Part shown: in pieces, positions 17,531 through 27,100 of the stretch
How the letters are laid out: each line of letters starts with the position of its first letter
Numbering within the stretch: position 1 is the first letter of the stretch
Origin: an uncultured Saprospiraceae bacterium
GTDB taxonomy: Bacteria; Bacteroidota; Bacteroidia; Chitinophagales; Saprospiraceae
Direction: 5' to 3'
Length of the DNA stretch: 54,488 bases
NCBI GenBank assembly: GCA_938002705.1
Contig: CALLAG010000197.1
Span: 1-54,488, forward strand
Position numbers and translations under genes: made by a program
The notes under the pieces: model-generated
Databases searched by the model: none
What the model saw: only the letters and a program-made list of their open reading frames with translations
What the model was told of the DNA's origin: nothing

Positions 17531-17561
17531 AAACCTGATCCATGTACGGTCAGGTTTTTTT
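17531..17561 (+). terminator. Orphan plus-strand Rho-independent terminator-like hairpin
   Basis: AAACCTGA / TCAGGTTT stem with an 11-nt loop, followed by a T-run. No plus-strand gene lies upstream. Confidence 0.4.
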
Positions 17562-17585
17562 ATTAGAGGTTTTCTCTGTTGGACA

Positions 17586-17620
17586 TAAAAAAATCCCACA
17601 CACTTCTGTACGGGATTTTA
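17586..17620 (-). terminator. Terminator of the marC-family gene
   Basis: On the minus strand: AAAATCCC-loop-GGGATTTTTTT, immediately downstream of the stop at 17647. Confidence 0.6.
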
Positions 17621-17646
17621 GCAATATTTAAATTAAATCAGTTAAT

Positions 17647-18210
17647 TTATAAGTTGTTACGGACGATCTGTATAGCTATTGCTAATAAGAGTATCCCGAA
17701 TACTTTTCTCAAGGTGACAGACACCTGAGGCGTAATCTTACTCGATATCCAGTCCATAGATCTTAATACCAAAAAGATAATAAGTAGGTTAATCAATATG
17801 CCGAATACAATACTCGGATTGTCATATTGTACCTTAAGAGATATAATCGTAGTCAGCGTACCGGCACCTGCTAATAACGGAAATGCTAATGGTACGATAC
17901 TCCCTGATGCATCTTCTCCTACATCATCAGATCGGAAGAAGCGGATACCCAATATCATCTCTAATCCGATAAAAAACATCACCAATGATCCCGCTAATGC
18001 GAATGAGGAAATATCAATACCAAATAATCCTAAGATCGCCGATCCGAAAAATAAGAAGCTCATCATGATGATGGCAGTAACTATCGTTGTAGTAGAAGGA
18101 TCGATCTTAAGACCCTCCTTCTTCATATTGATAATAATAGGCACATTCCCTATCATATCAATGACAGAAAACAGGATCACAGAAACAGAAATAATAGCTC
18201 CGATATTCAT
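17647..18210 (-). CDS. MarC family (UPF0056) integral membrane protein
   Basis: 187 aa with 6 hydrophobic helices. The N-terminal motif SVIDMIGNVPIIINM is typical of the MarC family. Confidence 0.8.
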   Translation of the reverse strand: MNIGAIISVSVILFSVIDMIGNVPIIINMKKEGLKIDPSTTTIVTAIIMMSFLFFGSAILGLFGIDISSFALAGSLVMFFIGLEMILGIRFFRSDDVGEDASGSIVPLAFPLLAGAGTLTTIISLKVQYDNPSIVFGILINLLIIFLVLRSMDWISSKITPQVSVTLRKVFGILLLAIAIQIVRNNL

Positions 18211-18405
18211 CTTTTACATATTTTAATAAAGTCTATCAAAAAAAGTACAATAAACCTTAAAAAACGTACATAACGTTTAATGTTAATTATAACTCAAAAT
18301 AAAGTATAATTAACATGATTTGCTTTATATATAATTACATTGCGTATATATTGACTTTATAATGTATAATAAGAAGTCATATTTATTAATTAGAATGTTT
18401 CAGAT

Positions 18406-18879
18406 ATGGAAAATATCAAACTTGACGCTTTTGATGGCAGAATTATCAATGAATTGACATTTGATGCTCGTATTCCACTCACATCTATAGCTAAGAAGCT
18501 GAAGGTCTCTAATACATTTATACATCAAAGAATCAGACGATTAAAGGAACGAGGCATATTAAAAAATGCTACTTATGTCCTGGATCCATACAGTCTCGGT
18601 TATGAGACTTCTGCCTATACACAAGTCATGCTGGCTGATTCTAAGTTCCATAGGCAAGTCGAGCAGAAGCTGGCTCTGATTCCTGAGATCGTAGAATGTG
18701 TCAATATATCAGGCCGATATGCTCTGATGGTAAGAATATATGCTCGTAATAACAGACATCTCAGAGATATCATATACGAGAGGATACTCACTATAGAGGG
18801 TGTAGAGGGTTCTAATACGACCTTCTCATTTGAGACGGCATTTACACGTAACTTATCTGTCCCTGAGGTAGATAGTTAA
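18406..18879 (+). CDS. Lrp/AsnC family transcriptional regulator
   Basis: 157 aa. An N-terminal HTH (ARIPLTSIAKKLKVSNTFIHQRIRRLKERGIL) is followed by an RAM/AsnC_trans_reg-like domain. Confidence 0.85.
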   Translation: MENIKLDAFDGRIINELTFDARIPLTSIAKKLKVSNTFIHQRIRRLKERGILKNATYVLDPYSLGYETSAYTQVMLADSKFHRQVEQKLALIPEIVECVNISGRYALMVRIYARNNRHLRDIIYERILTIEGVEGSNTTFSFETAFTRNLSVPEVDS

Positions 18880-18905
18880 TGATGTCATTAGAAAAAAACT
18901 TATAG

Positions 18906-21398
18906 TTATAGATCGAGTATAAATCCTACTACGACACCAAATTTGGATTTGTCTTCATCACAATTACCTAAGATATCACAATTCTGATTAGCCCATACTA
19001 AGTCTACTCTGAATAATCGGAATAGCTTATATCCTATATTATCTATACCCACATGGTACTCAGTATATAGATCTCGCTCTGATGATTTCAATAATTTTGC
19101 ACCAGCAGCGAGCTTCCATTCTAGTCTTTTTAATAATGGTACTTTGCTCAGTAGAAAGCCATTAAAGTTATGTTCTATATGTGCTTCCGCAAATTCTCCC
19201 ACGCTACTATGTGTATAGTAATTAAGTAATAGGAACTGGTTTCTGTATTTTGCAGGATTGCCGATGTGTGTCTGATTACCCATAAAGTGGTAATAGTCTA
19301 CGAACTCAATGTTGTCAGAACTTAGAAACTTACCAGCTGTAGCATAGGCTCTTAATGTACCAGTGACACCTATGTTATAAGATTTAGAAATATTAGCATA
19401 CAGCAAGTCGTAATCTACATCTCCACCAAATGACGGAATAGCTTTCTTATAGAAAATGGATAATGAAGGCCACTCGCTACCGACTCGGAATGTCTGATTG
19501 GGATAAGACCATATTTTCTGTCCAAATTTTATCCTCAAGCCTGCTCTAAGGATCAATGCTTGATGATCCTCGAATGCAGGATTGTCTATGGATAAGTTCT
19601 GAGGATTATTACTTGTGAATGTTCTCGTGTCTTTATACCCAAGGCTACTGTCAAAATTATTAGTAACGGCAGATCTATCCTCGTATGTCATAGAGAGAGT
19701 TCCGTATAGCATAGACCCCAGGTAACTTGCCACACCTACTGAGCCATAATTTTTGTCATAAGCTTTGAGGTAATTACGTCTGAGTAGATAGGTGAATAAT
19801 GAGTTGATGCCAGTAGTGATGGGTTCTCTGACGCTATACTGTTGCAAGGTCTTACCACCACTTACATTAAAGTTTAAGTGATTATGACGATTGGCTTTGT
19901 AGTATAATTTTAATTCTGGTCTAAGCACTTTTTCAGATAGACCATAATTTAGTTTTCCTCTTATAGTGAGGTATCTGTTATATTCGTCATCATATGATTT
20001 AGTGTACGACGTCTTAAAGTCTGCGTTGATGCCTTGTATCGTATTGATAGATATGGATGGCAGTAGACCTGGTAGCGACCATGAAGTTTTCTTGATAGAA
20101 TTCTTATGGCTATATCCCGATATTATATCATCAACCTTAAATTTATTATGCTCTCGATCTATAGAGTCTAAGTACTCTGGACTTGTCCTTACGATACGGA
20201 TACTATCTTTCCGCTTATAGTCGATACGTTCTTCTAATGTAAGTGGTATGGGCCGTAAGGAATCCCAGTATGCTTCTGATCTTTCGTTAGCTTCTTTTTC
20301 TACTTTGAATACTTCCTTAGAGAAGACGCTGTCATCTACATTATTAAGTTCATAATTAGAATATACGCATGCAAAATTCCCATGCAACTTAAATCCTAAT
20401 GCCCCTAAGTTAAACTTGATGACATTAGTCAGAGGCATCCATTGGTCCCCGGCGATAGGCACGAATATCTGCTTAAAGACTAGCGAGTCTATAAATGAAA
20501 CTTGCATAGACTTAGACGTGATACCTAAGTCCAGACTGTGTATACTCCATAGATCTTCTACGATATAGATGTAGCCGTAGAATGTAGCACTGTATTCATC
20601 TTTCGGTATTACCTTTATTTTATTAATTAGCTGACCGCTATCATCGTATTGCGTACCCTCTAAGGCATACTTATAATATGACATGGCAGAAGAGGCTATA
20701 GGTGATATGATTTTCTTACCGTTAAGGTCTATCGTATTATCATAGAAATTAAAGTACATCTCTTGTGCACTATTGAAGCTGTAGCCTTGATCATCGCCAC
20801 TTATTTTTGAGGAGAATAATACTTCTTTGCTTTTACCATTTTTGACATAGAGACGTGATACTGATTCTGAGAGATAGACTACTCCCTGCCTTGTAGAGTC
20901 CAGTGCACCATCCATATCTCCGACTTCTTGACCTAATATTTTCTTAGGAGCATCGAGGACTTTATTGAATCCTTTGACATAGGCGTCACATTCGTAGTGA
21001 TCCATTTTGTTACGATAGTATTTTCTTTTTGATTGTGCTTGTCTGATGATAGCGTATGCAGGATCTTCTGCATTGGCATTGATCTCTATAGCTTGTAACT
21101 TATATTCCTGAGGTAATAATTGGACGTTAAGATCCTCAGGCTTTCCACTATACGTAACACTTTTAGTTACAGAAGAATAGCCCACATATTGGTAGATGAT
21201 CTCATACGAGCCTTTGCTTATTTTGAGAAGATACTCTCCATCAAAATTAGTTGTTGTACCAGAAGAGGTAGACTTGACGTAGATGTTGACATATGGTAGT
21301 GGCTCATTATTTTCGTCAGTGACAATGCCTGTTATCTGAGCTGGAAGTGTGTAGAATGATAATATTGTAAAGCTTAAGAAGAGGATAGATCTGATCAT
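18906..21398 (-). CDS. Carboxypeptidase-regulatory-like domain protein with a large C-terminal outer-membrane-type domain (DUF5686-like)
   Basis: 830 aa with a signal peptide. The CarboxypepD_reg motif is present (ITGIVTDENNEPLPYVNIYVKSTSSGTTTNFDGEY). The long beta-rich remainder ends in an aromatic-rich C-terminus. Confidence 0.65.
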   Translation of the reverse strand: MIRSILFLSFTILSFYTLPAQITGIVTDENNEPLPYVNIYVKSTSSGTTTNFDGEYLLKISKGSYEIIYQYVGYSSVTKSVTYSGKPEDLNVQLLPQEYKLQAIEINANAEDPAYAIIRQAQSKRKYYRNKMDHYECDAYVKGFNKVLDAPKKILGQEVGDMDGALDSTRQGVVYLSESVSRLYVKNGKSKEVLFSSKISGDDQGYSFNSAQEMYFNFYDNTIDLNGKKIISPIASSAMSYYKYALEGTQYDDSGQLINKIKVIPKDEYSATFYGYIYIVEDLWSIHSLDLGITSKSMQVSFIDSLVFKQIFVPIAGDQWMPLTNVIKFNLGALGFKLHGNFACVYSNYELNNVDDSVFSKEVFKVEKEANERSEAYWDSLRPIPLTLEERIDYKRKDSIRIVRTSPEYLDSIDREHNKFKVDDIISGYSHKNSIKKTSWSLPGLLPSISINTIQGINADFKTSYTKSYDDEYNRYLTIRGKLNYGLSEKVLRPELKLYYKANRHNHLNFNVSGGKTLQQYSVREPITTGINSLFTYLLRRNYLKAYDKNYGSVGVASYLGSMLYGTLSMTYEDRSAVTNNFDSSLGYKDTRTFTSNNPQNLSIDNPAFEDHQALILRAGLRIKFGQKIWSYPNQTFRVGSEWPSLSIFYKKAIPSFGGDVDYDLLYANISKSYNIGVTGTLRAYATAGKFLSSDNIEFVDYYHFMGNQTHIGNPAKYRNQFLLLNYYTHSSVGEFAEAHIEHNFNGFLLSKVPLLKRLEWKLAAGAKLLKSSERDLYTEYHVGIDNIGYKLFRLFRVDLVWANQNCDILGNCDEDKSKFGVVVGFILDL

Positions 21399-21507
21399 AC
21401 ATTAGCATTTATATGCTAAAGATATCTTTTTGCTTTCTTTCGTTGTATGAAAGTGACTGTCATTTAAGCTTTTGGTAACGAGGAGTCACTACATAAGTAT
21501 ATGAAAT

Positions 21508-23184
21508 TTATTTTGACTTAAGCACTTGGACTTCTGTCCTTCTATTGTAGATATGCTCCGCCTCACTGCACTTTATACCATCCTTGCAGTGGTTCCTTGG
21601 TTTAGATTCTCCGTAACCTATGGTACTGACTTGTGACGATAGTGTGCCCTTACTTATGAGATATTGCTTAGCTGCCTGAGCCCGTTGTTCTGATAATTTC
21701 TGGTTATAAGCCGATTCTCCTCGTGAGTCAGTATGGGCTGACAATAGGATTTTTAAGTTTCTATTGTCTTTCATAATTGCGGCTAATTCATCCAGCTCAT
21801 ATGCAGCGCCTTTCTTGATTTCGAAGCTGTTATAATCGTAGTATATATTATTAAATATCAGCGTAGCGCCTTCTTTGACTTCTACATTATTGATAGTAAC
21901 TGGTGCTTCTCTTTCTACATATTGTATGATGGTATCTTTGCTGACTGCGGTTTTATTTTTCAGATTGACCTTGATTATTCCTTGGGTTTTCTGAGTAGAG
22001 ATTATTTTCTGCCACTTTTCTTTGTCATCAGATTGTATGGAGATGAGGTTATAGCCATCATATAATTGTAAGAATGTCTCTCCATTAATATCAGTCGTAG
22101 AGGAGCTGACATTATTACCTTGTATATCAAACACACTATCATCAAATGATAAAATCTTGTCCTCTGGTATAGGACATAACTTGACTTCTATATTATCTAA
22201 TACTTTTTGTCCGAATTGATCGTACACGATGATTTTAACTTTGTTGTAGTTGTTATCCTTATACGATAGGATTGATTTTGTAGATGAGAAGTGATAGATA
22301 TCATCTTTGCCTTTTCCGCCTGGTCTATTAGAACTTAAGTATCCTTTAAGTCCTAATGCATTGATGCTTATGCCGAAGTCATCGTAGTTAGAATTGATAG
22401 GGGAGGGTAGTCTGATGGCTGATTGAGGATCTTCTTTATTTAATTTTATTTTGAAAATATCAAGATCGTTCTTTTCTGTATTATAATTACTTGCATAGAG
22501 CAAGATGTGATTATCATGTATGAATGGAAATAATTCATTCTCGGGTGTATTCACTTCAGGACCTAAGTTTTCTGGCGTTGTCCAGGTGCCATCTATAAGG
22601 GTAGACTTGTATAGATCCATCTTGCCAAAACCTTCAGGCCGATTACTAGAGAAAATAATGGTGTTACCATCCTTACTTAAGCTGGGATGACATGAGGTAT
22701 ATTCTTCTACATTAAAAGAAGACAGTACAGCTTCACTCCATTGGTCGTCATCATAACTACTTTCAAATATCTTATTGACGACGATTTTTTCTGTGTTCAT
22801 GTTCAACTCACCTTGATCGTAATCTACTCTTGTAAAAAATATCTTATCGCCATCTTTAGAAAAACTCATAGGTCCTTCATGATATGGGGTGTTTAATATT
22901 TTAGAAAAAGATGCAGTCCTATCTAATGCCCCATTTTTGTTTTTTCCAGCTAAGTAGATGTCATAATAAGGTTCATTATGATTTTTATCAAAAAGTTTTT
23001 GCCGTGATCGAGAACCCACATATACTATAAATTCTTTCCAGTAGGTGGGAGAGAATTCTGTTAGCTCAGTATTGATCTGATCCTCATTAGTTAGAGTAAT
23101 GATGTCTGTCCAGTCCTCATCTGATATCTGAGCAGAAAGCACTATACTTGAGAGATAGAATAATATGAAGTAATACTTTGTCAT
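21508..23184 (-). CDS. OmpA-family protein with PD40/TolB-like beta-propeller repeats and a carboxypeptidase-regulatory-like domain
   Basis: 558 aa with a signal peptide. PD40-like repeats are present (FSKDGDKIFFTR, PSLSKDGNTIIFSSNR). The C-terminal OmpA_C domain carries SAHTDSRGESAYNQKLSEQRA...NRRTEVQV. Its start overlaps the upstream stop (ATGA). Confidence 0.8.
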   Translation of the reverse strand: MTKYYFILFYLSSIVLSAQISDEDWTDIITLTNEDQINTELTEFSPTYWKEFIVYVGSRSRQKLFDKNHNEPYYDIYLAGKNKNGALDRTASFSKILNTPYHEGPMSFSKDGDKIFFTRVDYDQGELNMNTEKIVVNKIFESSYDDDQWSEAVLSSFNVEEYTSCHPSLSKDGNTIIFSSNRPEGFGKMDLYKSTLIDGTWTTPENLGPEVNTPENELFPFIHDNHILLYASNYNTEKNDLDIFKIKLNKEDPQSAIRLPSPINSNYDDFGISINALGLKGYLSSNRPGGKGKDDIYHFSSTKSILSYKDNNYNKVKIIVYDQFGQKVLDNIEVKLCPIPEDKILSFDDSVFDIQGNNVSSSTTDINGETFLQLYDGYNLISIQSDDKEKWQKIISTQKTQGIIKVNLKNKTAVSKDTIIQYVEREAPVTINNVEVKEGATLIFNNIYYDYNSFEIKKGAAYELDELAAIMKDNRNLKILLSAHTDSRGESAYNQKLSEQRAQAAKQYLISKGTLSSQVSTIGYGESKPRNHCKDGIKCSEAEHIYNRRTEVQVLKSK

Positions 23185-24134
23185 TTAAAATATCTTGGAT
23201 TTTGTATTTCTTTAGGACCGCTGTCTCTCTTTATATCATACCTTACGATTAGTTCAAAGCTTCCATTCTCATATTGATTAATCTCTGTAGTCGTAAAGTC
23301 ATAGGCAATACCTGCGAATATACTCTTGCTGACACGCAAGCCTAAGAGTAGATCTACTGATTCTACTATGCTGTTCTGTGATCCACCAGTTCTTATATTT
23401 AATCCCATATGGACCTGATCTCTGTAGGTCATCAGACCTAGAACATCGACGTCATAGGGACTTGTACTTGCAGCTTTGAATAATACCGAGGGCGAAAATA
23501 TCCAGTCGTGACTTAGTCTTATATCAACGCCAGCAGTAGCATAGTAGTGATGCACTTCTTTAGCTACGAATGGATCAAGATCTGCATCGATATCTGCCTT
23601 GATAAAACGTGGTACGGATACACCAAAATAATAATTAGGTCCCTTGTAGTAGCCACCTATTCCTACATTAAATATATTTCTACTGAATCTTTCTCTGCTT
23701 ATCGCAATGTCTTCGTCGAATCCGTTAATAGCTATCAATCTCGTATCAGTGAAGTCATTGACAAAGTTTCTATAGGACATTTGTAGGCCCACACTTGCAT
23801 AGCCGTTGGCTAGTCGTATTCTATAGGCGTACATTCCCGTTATGTCAGTTTTGGATTGTATGCCTATGCTTTGTCGTTGTACTTGTACACCGAAGCCCAG
23901 TCTCTCACTGACTGTCGGAAAGTTAACCGTCAGCATCTGAGTCTGCGGTCTACCCTCAAGGCCTGTCCACTGATCTCTATAGATTCCTGTTATGCTCGTG
24001 TAATTATTTTCGCCAGCAACTCCTGGATTGAATGATAGCTTGTTGTAAGTATATTGGGTAATCAGATTCTCTTGCTGACTGTAAGCAGCAGATGATATGA
24101 TGATTATAATGGCTGTATATAATATCCGCATCAT
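23181..24134 (-). CDS. PorP/SprF family T9SS membrane protein (cognate partner of the upstream type-B cargo)
   Basis: 317 aa with a signal peptide. The N-terminal motif ITQYTYNKLSFNPGVAG is typical of PorP/SprF. There is an ATGA overlap with the adhesin stop. Confidence 0.85.
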   Translation of the reverse strand: MMRILYTAIIIIISSAAYSQQENLITQYTYNKLSFNPGVAGENNYTSITGIYRDQWTGLEGRPQTQMLTVNFPTVSERLGFGVQVQRQSIGIQSKTDITGMYAYRIRLANGYASVGLQMSYRNFVNDFTDTRLIAINGFDEDIAISRERFSRNIFNVGIGGYYKGPNYYFGVSVPRFIKADIDADLDPFVAKEVHHYYATAGVDIRLSHDWIFSPSVLFKAASTSPYDVDVLGLMTYRDQVHMGLNIRTGGSQNSIVESVDLLLGLRVSKSIFAGIAYDFTTTEINQYENGSFELIVRYDIKRDSGPKEIQNPRYFK

Positions 24135-27100
24135 AATTCTATTATTATAAATCCCTGGAGTGGCATAGAGCCATCACCCAGATCTATGATGTAGAAGTAG
24201 GTGCCCACAGGAAGTACTTGACCATTGTAAGTACCATCCCAGTCATTTTCGTAAGGTGCTGCACTGTAGACTTCATCACCCCATTGATTAAAGACGATAA
24301 GGTTATTCTGTCTGAAATTATTATTACTCAGACATGGTATGACGAAGTTGTCATTGAATCCATCATTATTAGGAGTCATAATATTGCCGGCAAAGCATTC
24401 TATATCGTCACCGATTTCTATGGTGATCGTAGCTTGGCTGCATATGTCTTCGCAATCTAAGTAGCAGATTTCATATGTGAATTCTACTATGCCTACATAA
24501 CCTGATTCTGGGGTATAGTTCAGTACATTATCATCTATTGTCAGATCTCCTCTTTCTGGATCTGTAATAATAGTCAGTGTAGCTGCAGTAGATAACTCAT
24601 CATTAAGAAGCGGCCTCATAATTATATCATCATCAAATGCTCCTATGTAATTATCATCATTAGCGATAATCTGATCTACCACAAATGCGATTAATGTATC
24701 ATTGCCATAATTGCCACATTCGCCGAAGTTGCTTCTGAGTATAAGTGTATTATTGCCTGATCTTAAGTTGCTGAATGAGGTGTTGTTGTTTTGATTCTGG
24801 AATATATTTATCTCGGGATCTGGTGATGTCCATTCGTAATCGACTTCTGATATAATATTGTCTGGAGTGATATTGAAGAATTCGACATTGCATAAAGTGA
24901 TAGAATCTATATCAACAGATGTTATATCTTCCGGGATATTGAAGATGTCTATTGTTAAAGTTTCACTCGATTCAGAAGAACAATTATCTTCAATAATTAC
25001 AGCTGCTAATTCTATAGAGGACTGGCTTGAGCCCAATAAGAAGCTTAGGTCAAAACAAAGACTTCTTTCTTCCATAAGTATCGTACCAGAGGACACATCT
25101 ATGATCTGGACTAAGTCATATTCTTGCAGATAATCTTCTATACATACTTCTAATTGAGAATTAGTGCTATTGCATATTGAGAGGCTTGTAGATACAAATT
25201 CTGGAGCTATTGGTCTCGCAATGACCTGTAGGTTAAGCACGTCACTTAATGGTGAGGTGCAAGCACCCATCTCCGTATATACCTGATAGTTACCTTGTTG
25301 AGATATGGATATGTTATCTATTATTAACTCAGGCGTATCTTGTGTGATTAGTCCTGTAGGTGTCTGCCAGAGGTATGTAGATCCCTGCATTAGTTCCGTT
25401 GTAAGTATTAATCTATCTCCCTCACATATCATAGTAGGTCCGCTGATAGAAGGGACTTGTGGTAGGTCTATTATACTGACATCTATAGAAGATGAAGGCT
25501 GTGATCTGCAAGTGTTCTGTTCTTGTATGACGGAGTATTGACCTAAGTCTTGAGTACTGATATTGTCTATAGTAAGCGAAGGAGTTGTCGTGGTGACAAT
25601 ACCTTGTGGTGTTGTCCATATCCAAGTTGCTGTTCCACTTACAGGATTTAGAATACTGATTGTTACAGTAGAATTTTCGCATGCCATAATATCTCCCTGC
25701 AGTAATGCGACTTGTGGTATCAGTGATATGTCTACTGTATTAGTAGAAGGGTCAGAGACGCAATCTCCATTGCTAACTATAAGAGTGTATGTGCCATTGT
25801 CGGATAAGTCAGCATTGGGGATTATTGCTACTGGTTCATTAGAGTTATAGTTATTAGGACCGCTCCACGTGTATGTGTAGTTGCCTGCAGGGAATACCGA
25901 CGGGACGAGTGATATCGGCGTAGAGCCGCTCATGCATGGTAGTGATGTATTACTCAATGCGGTGATGATTGGTTTAGGCCTTACGGTGACTTGTGTAGTT
26001 GTGGTAGCAGAACAATTACTTTGTGTTGTGACATTGACAGTGTAGGTGCCACTCACAGCATTTATCGTTATTTCTCTTCCAGAGAATGTATTGCCCTGAG
26101 GTCCTACCCATTGATAACTTGCTCCTGGTATAAATGTCGATGTCAATGTCACCTGGTCTCCTTCGCAGATAGGCCCATTGTTAGATGCACCTACATTAAG
26201 TACTGACTCTACTGAAATATTAAAGACTTCTGACTCCTCAGATAAGCAAAGTCCGTCTTCTGCGATGACAGTCCATTCTCCAGATTCATTGATACTTATG
26301 GATGGAATAAGTAGATTGTTAGTTGACGTAGAATTATATAATAATCCGTTATTGTACCAATGGTATCTTGTTGCTGTACTTATATTATTAACCGATAGGA
26401 CAGCACTCTGACCTACGCAGTATATGGACTCACCAGTTATTTCAGGTGTGATTGGTGGTTGGAATATCACTACCTGTGCAGTAACGATATCTGATACACA
26501 ATCTCCTTCATTAATAGTAAGTGTATAATTTCCTTGATTAATAATACTTGCGTCATTGATGACTGCAGGGATCTGGCCTGTGGAAAGATATCCATTTGGA
26601 CCCATCCATTCATACGAGAAGTTAGGACCTGCTGTAGCGCTTTCGAGTACAATATCATCACCTTCGCAGATTGTAATAAATGGATTAGTAATAGCGGCTA
26701 CGGGTATGGGTTTGACTTCTATAGTGAAAGTATTCGAAGGATTTGAATTACAGTTCTCTCCCATGACTTCTACGTAATAGAAGTGCTCACCTATAGTAGG
26801 GGTTATAGAAAGGCTTGGTCCATCAGTCTGTCCTATTAATATGCCATTAGGTGATATGCCTTCATACCAGAAATAATCTACGATCTCAGTGAAACTTGTA
26901 GAATTAAGTAGCACGTCATCGCCAGAGCAATATATGGTCTGACTAGAGGAGATCTCTGGACTGTCAAATAGGCTTACCTCTATCTCTGCTTCTCCAGTAT
27001 ATACACATCCTTGGTTAGTTGTAATCTCTAATCTATAGATTCCAGAATTATCGTCATTGATGGACGTCAGTATAGGGTCACTTTGGTCAGAAATAAAATT

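Noticed and set aside
17798-18226. 142-aa plus-strand ORF, together with similar long antisense ORFs: 13382..13789, 40171..40512, 50059..50487, 49932..50177, 12704..12985, 15800..16084 and the many short ORFs inside 24131..29956.
   Set aside because: Each lies entirely antisense to a gene with strong family-level evidence (MarC, MBL nuclease, PorU, E2, ACAD, adhesin). Their sequences are low-complexity or compositionally skewed, with no recognisable motifs.
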